Source: Phallusia mammillata (Eukaryota). Taken from it: a DNA stretch of 64,000 nucleotides. The position numbers and the translations under genes are program-made. Each line of letters opens with the position of its first letter. Within the stretch, counting starts at the first letter, position 1. A model generated the notes under the pieces. The model saw nothing but the letters and a program-made list of their open reading frames with translations. It had not been told where the DNA came from and made no database searches. The DNA lies in the NCBI GenBank assembly GCA_965637545.1, contig OZ281496.1, positions 28,768,001 to 28,832,000 on the forward strand. The letters run 5' to 3'. Below are positions 13,201 through 26,073 of this stretch, piece after piece.

Positions 13201-16200
13201 TAGCTAAATAACTCACAATTTCGAAGTTCATAGGATCAGGACCGCTTGCTTAAAAGATCACATATATTTCAGTTTTTTTTTCGTCAGTTAATTCCCAATA
13301 CACCCAAAATATCAACATTGCGTACCAACATGTTTTATATAAACCTTTTGACGCACAAACAAGAAGAGTTCCAGCTACTCTTAATCATGCGGAAATCTAG
13401 TGATGGATCGCAGTATGATCCACTTCTGTAACCACACTTGCTTGTACGATTTTGAGGGGTCCAATAGTAATTCATCAACATCCTTAATGATTTGTCCAAG
13501 TCCGCTCGTTTCAGGTCAATTTATTACTCGTTTGCTTGCGTGCCGAAAAAATCATTGCCGTGGCCAAAACGTTTGACTGTGAACTGTGTCAATATAATGG
13601 CTCGTTTGCATCGGTAAACTTTACAACGTGCTTATTGCATGTGACTGGATGACTTATATACTCCATCTATCTACACCCTGTTCTGTGGGCACAGACATTT
13701 TTCTGTATTTCACGCGACATAACATGCTTTCAAATGCTAACCTACCAGCACCTTTGCTACGCTTCATTCACATTTGATTAATGAACCACGCCATTTTTAC
13801 ACGTAAAATGCAAACCCTTATTGTGGGTGCTAACAAAACGCTTTAAACTTGTTTTGATGAATATTATTTTGGTCGTATTTTTTTCTGTCTAACGCTGGTT
13901 TGTTCCCTGCGTTTGGTCAAGAAAGAGTGCTTTGAACTATTTCAAATTTCAACATATGTTATTTAGTTGTCCAAAGTTTGACCCCGGATAACCCAGCGGT
14001 TCGCTCACACGCCCCCAAAACGTATTTTTTCAAAATGGCTGTACTTAATAAAGTAAATGATCAATTCGTTTCATACTTTGTTGGTTTGGGCATTGTAAAG
14101 TCAATAATTTTGTATTTTTATGGTCAACTTTGCAGCCGACGCAGAGTGAGATCACAACAACAGACAACAGGTCAGTTTTAAGTTCAATGAAAATTATAAC
14201 CGTTTTGTGTTTGCTGAATTTTTTGGGAATTGTGGAAAATATTTACGTTTGTGGTTTCGTTTGTAGTGAAAACCTGATGGAACTTCGCCGCAAAGTCGTG
14301 GAACTCGAAGCCCTGCTCAAAGCTTCGGAAATCGAACGACAAAAGCTGGCAGAGTTAGTGGCAATCCTCAATAAACGGTGAGAATCCTAACAACACCAAA
14401 GTCCTATGTTTGCCTGCGTTGGTTTGAATATAGTCGTAAACCACGGTTTTTCAGCACACCATATTTGTAGATTGGTTTTTGCCACACGAAGGCACATTAG
14501 AAATAAAACAATCCTATAATATGGGAACCCATACGAAAATAAAGAAACAAATTGTGGTGTTTATTACCCTTTTAGCCACTAGAAGGGCCATAAGAAATAG
14601 AAATCCTGCGTATTTGTCCAAGAACTTCTCAATTTTTATTTAGCGGCACCAAAACTATTGCTTTCTGTTTGAAAGTATAAGTCACGTGTCGTGTATGTGA
14701 CGTTAGTAATATTTATTTCGATAAAGTTTGGTTGATTATGTTGGTTAATGTTCGCAGAACCAATAGGTCGAACCAAAGGGTAAAGTATTCCCTTAGTCCA
14801 GTGGTTCTCAAACTTTTTTTGTTGCGACGCCCCTGGACTTGCGACGCACCAGCAAATAAAAGTTAATGAGGAAACTTATTATTAAAGTTAGGTTTATTGA
14901 TACAACAACAAAAAGCCACGAAACAAAACTTTTCTGCGACGCCCTTGGAAAATTAAAGCGACGCACCAGGGCGTCGCGACGCACAGTTTGAGAACCACTG
15001 CCTTAGTCAGTTAATATCCCACAAGGCTCTCATTTTACATCGTCGAACGCACGATAAAAGTTTTCCCGCAATAACTGCAAGCTATGTTGGGTAATTGGAA
15101 CCCTTGGTTTTGTAATGCAAAAACTGCGGTGGTTCATAAATGCTAGCTGGCTGTGAAAACTATCCCTGAATCAAGTCTAAGAGCTTGGAATCTAACTTTC
15201 CCACGCAATTCTGCACGATGCATACCAAGGCACTGTTAGTGCTATTCCCAATAATAATATTTATCGAGGCGGTTCGATGGACTAGAAAATACTTCAGAGA
15301 TCAAGTTTTCACTATTTATGACGGTTTATAAAAAATATTTGCTTGGTCGCATTTTTCGTTCATATATTCAGAAGTCCGATTTCGGTGAATTTTGGATCAT
15401 TAAGGCTTGTCAATTTCTGTGTTTCACCCTTTGCCGCTATTGGGGACATTTTAAACAATGCACAAATACAGTAGGTAGCACGTCTTCTTCTATAGCAATT
15501 GCTGCGTTTTAACGAACAGTTCTTACCATTTACCTGCAAATCCATAAATAACAGCTTTGCGTTTGTTTAGGGACCCATGCGTTTCTTATTGCAGCAACGG
15601 AAGCTGCGAGAAATACGGAAAATAATATAAATAGCATATTGATTATTATTATACATCCTTTTCAAAATACCCAGTGATGTATAAACGGGTAAAAGTCATT
15701 GTTTTGCATTTGGTTTTCGTACCTCAAGAAGTTGCAAGTCACTATTGTGGTTGAAACAGGGAAAGATTTCGCTCCCGGTGACAACTGTTAAATTCGCGCT
15801 CCTGAACGCCTCGATACGGGATGTGACCGTACGATGTTTACTAAGTCACGGCCTTTCGCATTTTCCTGTGACGGATCTATTGAACTCGCCGATACCAAGC
15901 CGGAATCTTACTTGCGCTTTATCTTCAAAACAAATAAACATTGAATCGGTTTTGATGCGGTCCTGTGGTCACCTTTTAAAACCTGATATTTTTTTCAATA
16001 TCCTGAGTAGATCAGGGTCGTGGTAATACCGATTTAGCTTGGGTAGTAAGCTTTTATAAATTAAATACTTTATATTCAGACCCCGAAACAAACTCTGCTG
16101 ATAGCTGTGTAATGTCACATGAGCGTTAAATTAAAACTTTGGCGACATATTGGAAAATAACTTCCTGAGTGATTACGGTATTTTCAGGACTTACTGACGT

Positions 16201-17256
16201 GGCATTACTCCTAGAAACACCATAAAGTCAACAGCGTGACTTGCCACTGTCATAATTCATGGTTTCGAGAACCTGTGTACACTTTATTAAAAATGTTTTA
16301 AAGTTGCCATCAACAATCTTGTTCGCAGATTGCAGGAAGCAATTAATAAGGCAGAAACCGGCAGAAGTGATCTACATGTTGAACAAAGAAAATGTGCAGC
16401 ATTGCAACAACAGCTCGACACAATGGGTGGATCGCAACGCAATGGTAAGGTCATACGAATAGTTTGAGATCTTTGCCTGCCAAACGATTTTGTTTGAGTA
16501 CAAAGCTAACTAAACCCAGTGGCTGTTTAAGCCTCTACCTAAAGTTTGTCAAAATCTGAAAGCTTAACTAGATAACGTTTGGATAACAAAGCATGTCGCT
16601 TTTTACGTTTATTTGGGCCATTATATTCCTCATTAGACAGACAAATTAACAGATTCTTAAGTGTCGATGTGTTTTGAAACATTTTATGGAGTTTTATTCC
16701 GGTAGAGTTATACAACTATAACATCTCCATTTGCATAAAGCAGCCTAGATAAAGTATCGTTTATTTGGCTGTGACTGGCCTTGCTTGTTGCCTTATGTTC
16801 CACGTAACCTTATTATGTTTTGTTATCTACTTTTCAGATGGCGGGACAAGTAACAGAGACACGGATTTTGATGGCAGTGCGGATACGCTAAGCGCCCAGC
16901 TCGCAATTCAGGTATTTGTAGCATCTGTGGTTAATGTCTTGGTTCCATTATAGAGACTTCAAGTCGAACAGAAGCCAGCTCCGACATAGCTATTAGTTTG
17001 GCAAATGTCAAATTGGCACCCGTTTCGGTCTTTTGAAATGCAAACATTTTCAAGGCCTTTGCTTCCCAAACATTCAATCTTACTTGTAATTCTAAACTTT
17101 GTTTGACAGATGGACGAAAACCACGCGCTTAAGGAAGCCTTAGAGTCCACGCTTCAAGGCAAACAGGAAGACGTTGCACTTTACAATGAGATGAGTGACC
17201 AAACCAAGCAGGTTTTTTTGGACGCATTGCGCAGTTTTGGGTCCACTTCCAAGTAG
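4287..17256 (+). CDS. CCDC13: Coiled-coil domain-containing protein 13 (centriolar satellite/ciliary protein), 17 coding exons
   Basis: Phase-consistent exons: 4287-4397, 4536-4663, 4837-4952, 5037-5176, 5258-5327, 5679-5797, 6273-6388, 6705-6804, 8620-8739, 10205-10339, 12314-12430, 13097-13195, 14136-14170, 14267-14377, 16329-16444, 16838-16911, 17110-17256. Diagnostic motifs: KIVDLSKKNREL, FRGRAQQV, KGRHDNELI, AQLAIQMDENHALKEAL...KQVFLDALR. Confidence 0.92.
7880..8118. mobile_element. hAT (Charlie/Buster-like) MITE, about 239 bp, in a CCDC13 intron
   Basis: TIRs CAGTGGTTCCCAAC / GTTGGGGACCACTG; flanks CGTTACCT / CGTTACTT (7 of 8 TSD match). A related copy lies inverted at 46292-46541. Confidence 0.8.
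10038..10150 (-). repeat. Hammerhead-bearing repeat, copy 2 (core CUGACGA...GGAACGUC; GAAA mutated)
   Basis: Aligns by eye to copy 1 from TATAAACGAGTATTGC to ATAATGGCATATC; core 10085-10120. Confidence 0.75.
11522..11670 (-). repeat. Hammerhead-bearing repeat, copy 3 (CUGAUGA and stem II intact, ACGUC segment degenerate)
   Basis: GTTTCGACGTCCCATATGAGACGCCTTCATCAGGATAATGGC, followed by the TTCTTATAAAGCGACAAA shared with copy 1. Confidence 0.75.
14799..15000. mobile_element. hAT (Charlie-like) MITE, 202 bp
   Basis: TIRs CAGTGGTTCTCAAAC / GTTTGAGAACCACTG; perfect 8-bp TSD CCTTAGTC (14791-14798 and 15001-15008). A close sibling lies at 30015-30231. Confidence 0.92.
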
Positions 17257-20234
17257 ACCTTCTACGACAAAATGAAATACTTGATAAAATTGGAAGTCGT
17301 TCGTCAGTTGTCAGCTGGCTTTTTTGCCACGCATTACTGCAATAAGCCTCATTCGGGTTCCGGAAGGAGTGGGGGTATTTGGACAGTTAAACGCTATTGG
17401 ATATAAAACCGCGTCCGAATGCTTGACCTTATGCATTTTTGTCGATAGAGGTCAGTGCTATTGAAAAAATAAACTGTCGACGTATATATGTCAAAAATGC
17501 ATCCTTGGTACGAAGCCAACAAGTTTTCGTAATTTTAAAATTTAAGAAAACGTTTTAACTCGTTTGAACTTATATGTTTGTTGTTTGTTTGTATAGCGTA
17601 CGAACCCTATCGTTCATGGCGTTTTTTTAACACTAGTACATTTTACCACTGTTTTACTAACATCTTAACATCCAGTTAAGCTGTGTATTTGCATTTCCAT
17701 GTCTGGATGTTTTAATCTGTTGTACTTGGAGTACTGGTTCGACTCCGTCTTTCTTTTTACTGTGTATTATCTTCACTTTAATAAGTATGGCATTACAACG
17801 AGTATTATTTGTAATGCTTTATTGACCATAAAAACGCGGTCGAACAGAGAAACTGTCGTTATTTAACTCCTTTCCTTAGAATACGTGTTTCGAAATACAT
17901 TCTTTGTAAGTGCTGAGAACGATTACAAACTTTTGACGATAAATAGGAAACAAAAGCTCAGATTCACAAATGAGAATAACACGAAAAAACGGATGCACAG
18001 GTCATCAGAAGCTGCACACATTTTCAGATTCAGTCGTTTGCAACTGTTTTAGGAACTGTAAATGTACAGCTTTTATGCCAAACCAGCAGTTAACACTACT
18101 GGATATCAAACGCTGCGCCTAAGAAGGTTAGCCAGTTGTGCCAAATATAGCAAAATGTCTCTTTGTGAAGAATCGATTTTACTATATTACATTTAATGGT
18201 GCGCCCTATTTGGGTCATTTTATAGGTGCGACCTGGGACAAAACGTTGACAACACTGGCCTGTAATGATGGAAAGCATTGGCTCAACAGACATTTCCATG
18301 GTAAATCTTGATCACCGCACAAGCATCTTCAGCAGTGGCCGGTGCAAAAAGGCTCACATTGTTTGACTTTTTCATTAAAATATGCGCGTACTTACGCAAC
18401 CAAGCAACGATCAATCACTTCGACAAAATTGAAGTGTTTTGTTTCTACAAGCAACTGCAACAGGAAACATGTGTTATGTGAATTCAAACCAGCACTTTAA
18501 CCTCAAGGGTACAAAGTTTACTATTATAATGGATAACTTGCAAAGTAAGGTGATGTTTATCAGTTTAAGATCCCGTAACGGCCCGTAGGTTCGTCAAAAA
18601 CAACTTGATATCCCAGTTAGAATGCATTGACGATGCTGAACACATTCCTTTGCCTTTCAAGCACTTTTGGGTCTACGCACTTGGTACGCAGCCCACACAT
18701 AAACCTTTTATTTTTATAACATGCAAGAGTGGTGGGACGTCAAGAAAATCGGATAACAATACGTTATAAGCTGCATAAGCAGCCGCAGTTTGCAAGTGTA
18801 CCACTGTTGTTGAACGCAATCAACGTAAAGAGCATTCTTTGGCTTGAGTAGAAGTGGGACGATGTAAGTTTGCTCACTAATCATTTTTTGCTTTACCTAT
18901 TAATGTTACCCAGTAAGGAGAAATCTTAAAATGTTGTCCTCACACTAAATTTAAAAATTTTTCAACAACCGCTACTGTAAATTCGAGCTCACTTGTCACG
19001 AAACACGCACACGGTCGACCTACCGCAGAGTCAGGAGAATTATTCCATCGCTTGATAGGACTTTCAAATGTCAGTTGGAAAATGACTAACCGCGGAGCCT
19101 GGACCACCTGAATTGCAACGCTATAAAAAACTGATGTTTATAAATTTTACGGTGAATTGCATGCCACCTGGTTTAAGGAACATGGCACTTTCGCATTTCG
19201 GCAAAATATTCGCTCCAATAAGTTTTCCCAGATGCTGAGGTTAAGGTACAAGAATCGGAATCGCCCTTATTATAGTATCGGGATTCATTGATCCAAAAAG
19301 CAGTAATTTTCCCACATTTGCAGCGATCCACCTTAGTTTACTTCGAAATTGTGAACTGTTCCGTCAGAATAAGTCGTTGGGACATTTTTTGTGTCAAGCC
19401 TAAAGCCTTAACACGAACGTAAGGCGTTTAATGACAAAGACTTCAGACAATTCAAAATTTCTCACCATTTTTATTCGTGTTTAACCCCACAAAAACCACT
19501 GAATACTTCTAAAACATGTGTAGACAAATCAATAGCGAGTATAAAGCTCGTTCAAATGTCAGACATCTGTAAGCGCTCCGATAAGCAGACACAAGCAAGA
19601 CAACTTCATGACCACTTCGGCCAACTGGATACACAAGTAAACGTACGCACCTTTTGCGTTAACTGAGAACGCCCATATATTATAAAAATTGAAAGAATCC
19701 AATTCCTCCAAAGTTTACACGACTCTACGCTTGACTGCGATCAACAACCAACGCATTTGTACCGAAACAGTTCTAAGAATCTCAAATCGGAGAAAATTCA
19801 AGGCGTCTAATACGACCGCCCCCTATTAAGCAACGGGAAATACGCTTTAAATCGAGCAACAATAATTCCAGCCCTTTTAGATCAGCTTAACCTCGTACTC
19901 ACTTCGTGACAAGCTAACCATAATGTTGACAATGATCCTTAACGACATTTTGAGAGAAACTTCGGCATGCACCATTTGCAAGTAAAGTGTCTCTATAATG
20001 AGGCGAAAATCCGTTTTCCAGCTGGCAAACACCTGCAAGTTGACGGACACGCGAAATAAACAACCAAGTAAATTTTCAAATTTGTTTAAAGTTAAGTTTT
20101 GGAAATAAAATGGAAGTTTCAAAAGACGGGCTCTATAAACCAGAGAAGGTTCAAAATTGGACCCGAACCCGGAAGTGTACGAGCTCAAAATTCGACCCAA
20201 ACAAGATTTTATATAACAAAAACGAATTAGACTG

Positions 20235-20320
20235 CAGACAGTGCACTCTGTTTAGACCCATAAGGTCTCATCAGTACAGGTGGTGACAAGATATTGGACG
20301 TTTTGGCTGATACAGCAATC
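20235..20320. repeat. Short dispersed repeat (second copy about 35090-35180)
   Basis: Shared ACAGTGCAC-CTGTTT...CCCATAAGGTCT...TGGTGACAAG...TTGGCT. Confidence 0.55.
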
Positions 20321-20325
20321 TAACG

Positions 20326-20766
20326 CAGGGGTCCGCAAGTACTTTTTTGCGCGACCCTAAAAAAATTGCTCTAAATTATCGCGACCCAAGCATTTTGTTA
20401 GCATGTAAGTTTGTGGAAAATACTAAGCAACTAGATATCAATACTAAGACTGCTATTATGCTTTTGTCAGTTGCTATTTTCTTGCACAAAATAAAGCGAA
20501 ACTCAGCACATAAAACAGTATGTAAACGAACGTATTTATTCAGCAAAATGGTAACAGAAAAGCATGACTGCTTGCGCAGGTACGCTTAACTTATTGCATT
20601 GTTACATAGACTGTATGTAACAGTTACGTAGTCATATGTAGCAATGCAATAATAAATAGGTTGAAAAAGCTGAAAGTTCATTAATACTATAGATGCGATG
20701 CTTATATTCATGGAAAATTTGAAATATTTTGCGACCCAGACTGGAAGGTCTATTTGCGGACCCCTG
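20326..20766. mobile_element. hAT MITE, 441 bp, with an internal hairpin of about 62 nt
   Basis: TIRs CAGGGGTCCGCAA / TTGCGGACCCCTG; perfect 8-bp TSD ATCTAACG (20318-20325 and 20767-20774); near-palindrome at 20591-20652. Confidence 0.92.
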
Positions 20767-21599
20767 ATCTAACGACACTCAAGTTTGTTGGTTTGATGTT
20801 TGTAAAAGCGAATAAGACCCGAAAGTTAGTCAACTGCGGCTATTTGAGGCCGAGTGTAAGTCGGGCCCGATTTAAGCCCGATTTACTGAAACTTATGCCC
20901 GGCGGAATAGAAACCCAAACTCGATCCGAAAACCCGGCTCTACCCTGCTACAAATCCCGTGGCCAATCCAGCTACACCTCATAGGCTTTAAAATAAACTG
21001 ATACGAATTATTTGGTTTATTATCGCGTATAGAATTACAGTGCAATGCAAGTGCTTGTCACCTACAATAACTCAAAACCGCTCGGGTGAAACATATACCA
21101 GCAAGGGCAACCTACGTTGGAGAAAAGCGCGGAGACGACTGTGGGAAAATTGTACAAAAGCCAAGATAACTTTTATATACGTTTCGGTATTATACTATGC
21201 AAAATTTTGTAAGCAACACACTTTGCAGGCTCTAGCCTGTTAATATTATTAACACGGAAGTGTTACACATTTACACTTAATTTGCACCGGTGTTGTGATG
21301 TTTGAGATTGTTTAGGTCTTACGTTAGCCCGTAAATCCAAAATGTTATCCTGTACATCCGCTATTAGTGAGTAACAGCTGCGCTCTGCAAACACAAATAC
21401 TTTGCGGCTCAGTTGCTTGGATGTCGCTGGCGCGTCGCGGTAGAGTGATAGAAACAACACTGCGTTGAATAACAGTTTCAAAGCTCGGGATCGCGGACCT
21501 TTTTTGGGTCGCGAGATCTTGTTGTTTGTTCGCGTACTGTTTTAAACATGATTAAAATTTATTTTTTGGACTGTTATCACCTTGAAACGCGAAGCGTCA

Positions 21600-21860
21600 T
21601 ACGCGATTTTTGGATAAACTATAAACGGTTTGCAGACAAAAATTTTGAAAGATTCTGGTTAATTTTTTTCGTGACGACTGGCCAAGAGCTTTGTTCTAAC
21701 GCTCGAAATCAAAACTAAAATATGTTGTGCGCACGCAGGTGTGCAGCTGAAAGTATGGATAAAAATATCTCACGTTTGCGAGTGGGCGTAGCTTCAACGA
21801 CAGAGCACCGTTATGATTTAAACGTTGTATATAAGAAAGCCATGAGCGACCGACATAGCA
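21600..21860 (+). mobile_element. Possible decayed hAT (Buster/Charlie) transposase C-terminal relic
   Basis: Frame-broken fragments FW...FVTT...LEIKTK...LRVGVASTTEHRYDL resemble the hAT dimerisation tail (FATTYLCE..FS...IKTK.R.RL...LRVALS...PR.D.L). A GGGTCGCG hAT-like subterminal motif lies near 21505. Confidence 0.35.
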
Positions 21861-23913
21861 GACAAGCACGCACGGTCTTACTGTCGGCACAAGTGGACAA
21901 GTGGTTACTGCAGTGGGTGCAAATGGGTTTAAATTCGCTGACCAGTTCAGGTAGGCTTTGAGCAGAGTTTGTTAAGATTAGGCACTGTTTGACAAACAGA
22001 TAGCAGGCGTTTCAACGACAAGCAGTTTTGTTATGATTAATCTGTAAAACAGCGCTGACCTCCGCTCTATGCACGCAGTTTTTGCAAACAGTTAATGTTT
22101 TGTTCCCATACAAATGTTTACATATTGTACGACTTGTTTTATATTTACGGGTAGTTTTCTGCACCTGTTAACTTTGAGGCCAGAGCAAACCAAATAGTGT
22201 AAGACAGAATATCACATTTCTCATTTAAAACTTGGTTTAGAGTCAACAGAACTGAAGGAAAAGTTTAAAGATCTAGCGTGTGAAACAACTTGCAGATGTA
22301 ATTTAACCGGTACCGGTAGTGAACTATACGGATGTTGGATGTATTTAAACATGCAACATGCGTGTCTTGCTACAATAGACAGCCAGAAATCTCTCACTAA
22401 AACCATGCTGGTTAAAAATGTCCAAATAACAATAATGCGACTAAGTTGTCCGAAATAACACGACAGTAATGCGACAAATTTGTCTGGAAAGTACCAAGCA
22501 AAATATATTGTAAACGTTGATGGAAAATTGCAGTTGGCAACACAATGTTTTTAGTTTGTACTAACTTACAAAAGCAAGAGAAAATGTACTCATTATTCTT
22601 CTGATAAACAGACCATGACCTCCGCATTGTCTCCTTTGGAGCAAATACTACAGACAGCTGGTCTTGTGCGTTAAAAAATGGAAAATATCGCTATTTACAC
22701 CCTACATGAGCGACCATATTGACATTACAAACAGCACCAGTGTTGTAAAAATCGAAACGTGAGTAATTTGTAAAGACTTTAACTTAACTTAAAGCCAAGC
22801 CTAACAGAAATGCTCGTTTAAATTCCTTTCCAGCAAGTTGTGTAACAATTGCACAAAACCTCGTCGTTATGACCTTGACCCAAGTTTGACCTTCATGTAT
22901 CAAATAATAGCTGCCAAACTAGTTCGAAAAAAACTAGTGCAACAAGATACTAAAAATAATAGCGTGGAAATTGTTAAAACGCAGGTAATTCGACAAAATT
23001 TGGTTAAAACACCTCTTTACGCTGCGCTGAACCCGAAAACAATTATTTGAAACCCGGGTTTCCTCTCGCATTTTTTACGCTTAACCAACTTGCGTAGTCA
23101 AGCACCAGAATCGCGCACTTAATCAGAGGTATTTTGACCAGACAAAGCAAATTCCAAACACCGAAAGATCGGTTGAGTAACGTTTGAGTTAGGAGCTCAG
23201 CAAGATGTTAGCAAAGTTAAGCTCCTGAAGGAATAGGTAATCAACACCGGGGTACAGAAATAGCGATCTGCTTATGAATCACAGGAAGACAAAAAACATT
23301 TTCACGTTGAAAATTTATGATGACACCAATAGTGCAAGGTGTTAGGAAGTCCAAACTTTTATAGAAAGACGACAAATTTTACAGAAATTTCATTATTGTC
23401 GTGAAATTGTTTAAGATTGCTTCGATAATGTAACAAACAGTGACAAAAATTTACAAACTAAATAATGCTCTTCTGGCAAATGTATTTCTTTAGCTGACGT
23501 TTCAAATTTAGGTCGTATTAATGAGCGTAATAACACACAAACGTCTGTTTAAAACCTTAGGTAAAAACCTTTTTATAAAAACTTGAAACGCTATGGCCAC
23601 ACAACAGAAAACATGATCCATAAAATCAGCAACAAACAATGGGCTAATCGTTTATAGCCCAAGGTGATCGAAAACCTTCGCAATTGCTGTGAAAATGTCA
23701 AAAGAATATTTGATAAACTAATAACCGTATTTCCTTACAAGGTGGCCCAGAAAGTTTTCATTCTTTTTTTATATATTTAGATTCAAAATGAGAATTTAGT
23801 TGTGACCTATTGTTATGATTAGAATACTATAACCATGTGCTTTGTTTTGTTTCACTTCTTACAGAAGGCTGAATATTGTGTACCATATATTTTGTTACCA
23901 TAATCGAACTAGT

Positions 23914-26073
23914 ATGCCTCGCGGAGTTTTAGCACTGGCGTTGTTTGCCGCCATCTTGGCATTGTATGTACAACAAACATCGGCCGAATCTTCCGAGCTT
24001 CAGCGGGAAAAGGACAAGCAAGTTTCCGTATTTAAAGGTATTTTTCGTCTGTATACTAACTATCGAAATTCAGTCAACGTACAACTAAACATACTAGTCA
24101 ACACTACTTAAAAGCGGGTTACAAATAACCACACGCCCAGACTATTAAGATAAAATCGCAATACGATTTTGCTGGGTGCTGCAGATTACAAAAAGGATAC
24201 GCACACTGTACTTTAAATTATATTTTGCTAAACACCTCAAAGTTAAACTGTTACAAGATGGCGGTTACAAGGAACTTATTAGAGTGAATGGGTATTGTAA
24301 GTGTAAACGCCATGAAAGTGAATATCGCCATTGTCAATTTTTTATAGGCCGACATGTTCTAACACATTTCTTCTCTGACAAAATCTATAATCATGTCCGA
24401 AAAATTTTTATCGGGTCCATACAAGATGACTTACTTATTAAAGTATAAAATGCACGCACTTACAATAAACACCTGTTGTCCATAGGAGAAAGATTGGACT
24501 TTGGCGAACAGCTGCATCACATTACAAAACGAGGCATCTCACGAGAAGTAAGTTGAAACTTAAGCTACATAAGTCAAGTCATTTGCGAAAAACATCGTGC
24601 AAGTTTTTGGTGAAAGAATATTACTTGATGTTATCAGACTGTTCAATCGGATTTAGGAACACCTTGAAAGATTTATCGGGCAACGATAGTTGGCTCCAAG
24701 CAGCGGTTCTCAACTTTTTTTACTTTGCGACCCAGAGCTTTTCTAACACAACGCGACCCCTTTACAAACACATAGAAGTTTTACTATACACGAGAATGTG
24801 ATCAACATATATTTACTATTCAATGTCACTGTAACAGTTCGCATTTTTGCTCTGCAAGAAACCCTTAAAATGTGGTTATGCCTCACGTCAATTTTAAAAT
24901 TTTGCAAGAAAAGCCGAAAAACACATTCTTAGAAGTATTTAATGGCAAATGATGTCGTGCTAATTCTAAATAAAACAGTCGTGTGAGTTACTAAACTTTA
25001 AAAGCTTGGCGTGAGCTAAGATATTGGGCAAAGGTTTCGCAGATCGGGTTCGGGAGTGATTCTGGTCTTACGTCAAAACTCTTTATCACTTTGTGTCACA
25101 ATTTCACGAACTTTCGGGCCTATTTCGGGATTTGTTTTATAAAAGATATTTGGGTTCGGGTCCCAATTTCACGCCTGCTGACAACTGTGCGACAGAGTTA
25201 GTCAAGTATATCGAAAAAAATCAACCAAAGCAATCGAGAGAGTTCCAACGTTTTCTAGTGCGTGAAATATGTTGGAAATTAAAATAACAATACTCTCATG
25301 TTATCGTTGTTGGTGGCAAACAGCGACCAAGCACATCAGCTTACGTTGACAAACGTTTCAATGAATGAAAAAAGTAATAAAGTTGGGGATTTAAAAACAA
25401 CTGCGATGTACTTGGCGTAACATACCTTGCAAATTAAAGAAGTGTTTCATCGGTCGAATAGGCTTAGAACTAAAGTTTTCTACCCACAAGGATCCTTTTA
25501 ATGAAACAAGCTTTCTTTGAACTTTTTGTTGCGGCGCCCGCTTTATAAATACGCTTTTTGTCAACATAAACAGAATGAGTTCTTGTATGGGTGCATATTG
25601 CTCATCCAGTGTTACAAAGCCCCTAGTGGCGGACGTTTCTTTATTGTAAACGCTTAATAAGTGAATTATTTAGCTGGCTATTGGTACCGTTGATAAACAT
25701 TGCCTGTTGTTTATTTGGACGTACACAATGCGACAAAAATGCTAAGTCACAAACGTTTTTTACAGAAGCGCAACCGACGTAATGTGATCAGAAAAAGACG
25801 AAACAAAAGACTCTGTCCAGGATTTTTCTGCAAACTAGCTTCGTGTAGGGCGGTGCGGGGTCACTGGCGTAGTAAGTCATTAATTTATATGTAGTCATAT
25901 TAGGTTACATGGATTTTTATACATGCTGAACAACTAGTTAGGTTAATTATTGAGTCATTGGTGTTGTGCTATCTGGTACATTGTACAGGTTTGAATTAAC
26001 AGTGTATTTTGTAGAGCGATGCTTACGTTGTCGCGTACGTTACTGCCAAGGAGGTGATGTGCTGCCAGCCTGA
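23914..26073 (+). CDS. Secreted prepro-peptide (116 aa) with a cationic six-cysteine C-terminal domain; turgencin-like antimicrobial peptide candidate
   Basis: Exons 23914-24037, 24486-24547, 25766-25871 and 26015-26073 (GT-AG, phases 1/0/1, 351 nt) give MPRGVLALALFAAILALYVQQTSA-ESSELQREKDKQVSVFKGERLDFGEQLHHITKR-GISREKRNRRNVIRKRRNKR-LCPGFFCKLASCRAVRGHWRKRCLRCRVRYCQGGDVLPA*. It has a signal peptide, a pro-region, convertase sites and six Cys. Confidence 0.8.

Noticed and set aside
17300-21400. Short ORFs between CCDC13 and the peptide gene (e.g. 19877-20200)
   Set aside because: No recognisable domains or splice-consistent chain; the region is repeat-rich.
24701-24760. Left hAT-like TIR CAGCGGTTCTCAAC in intron 2 of the peptide gene
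   Set aside because: No matching right TIR or TSD found; truncated relic only.
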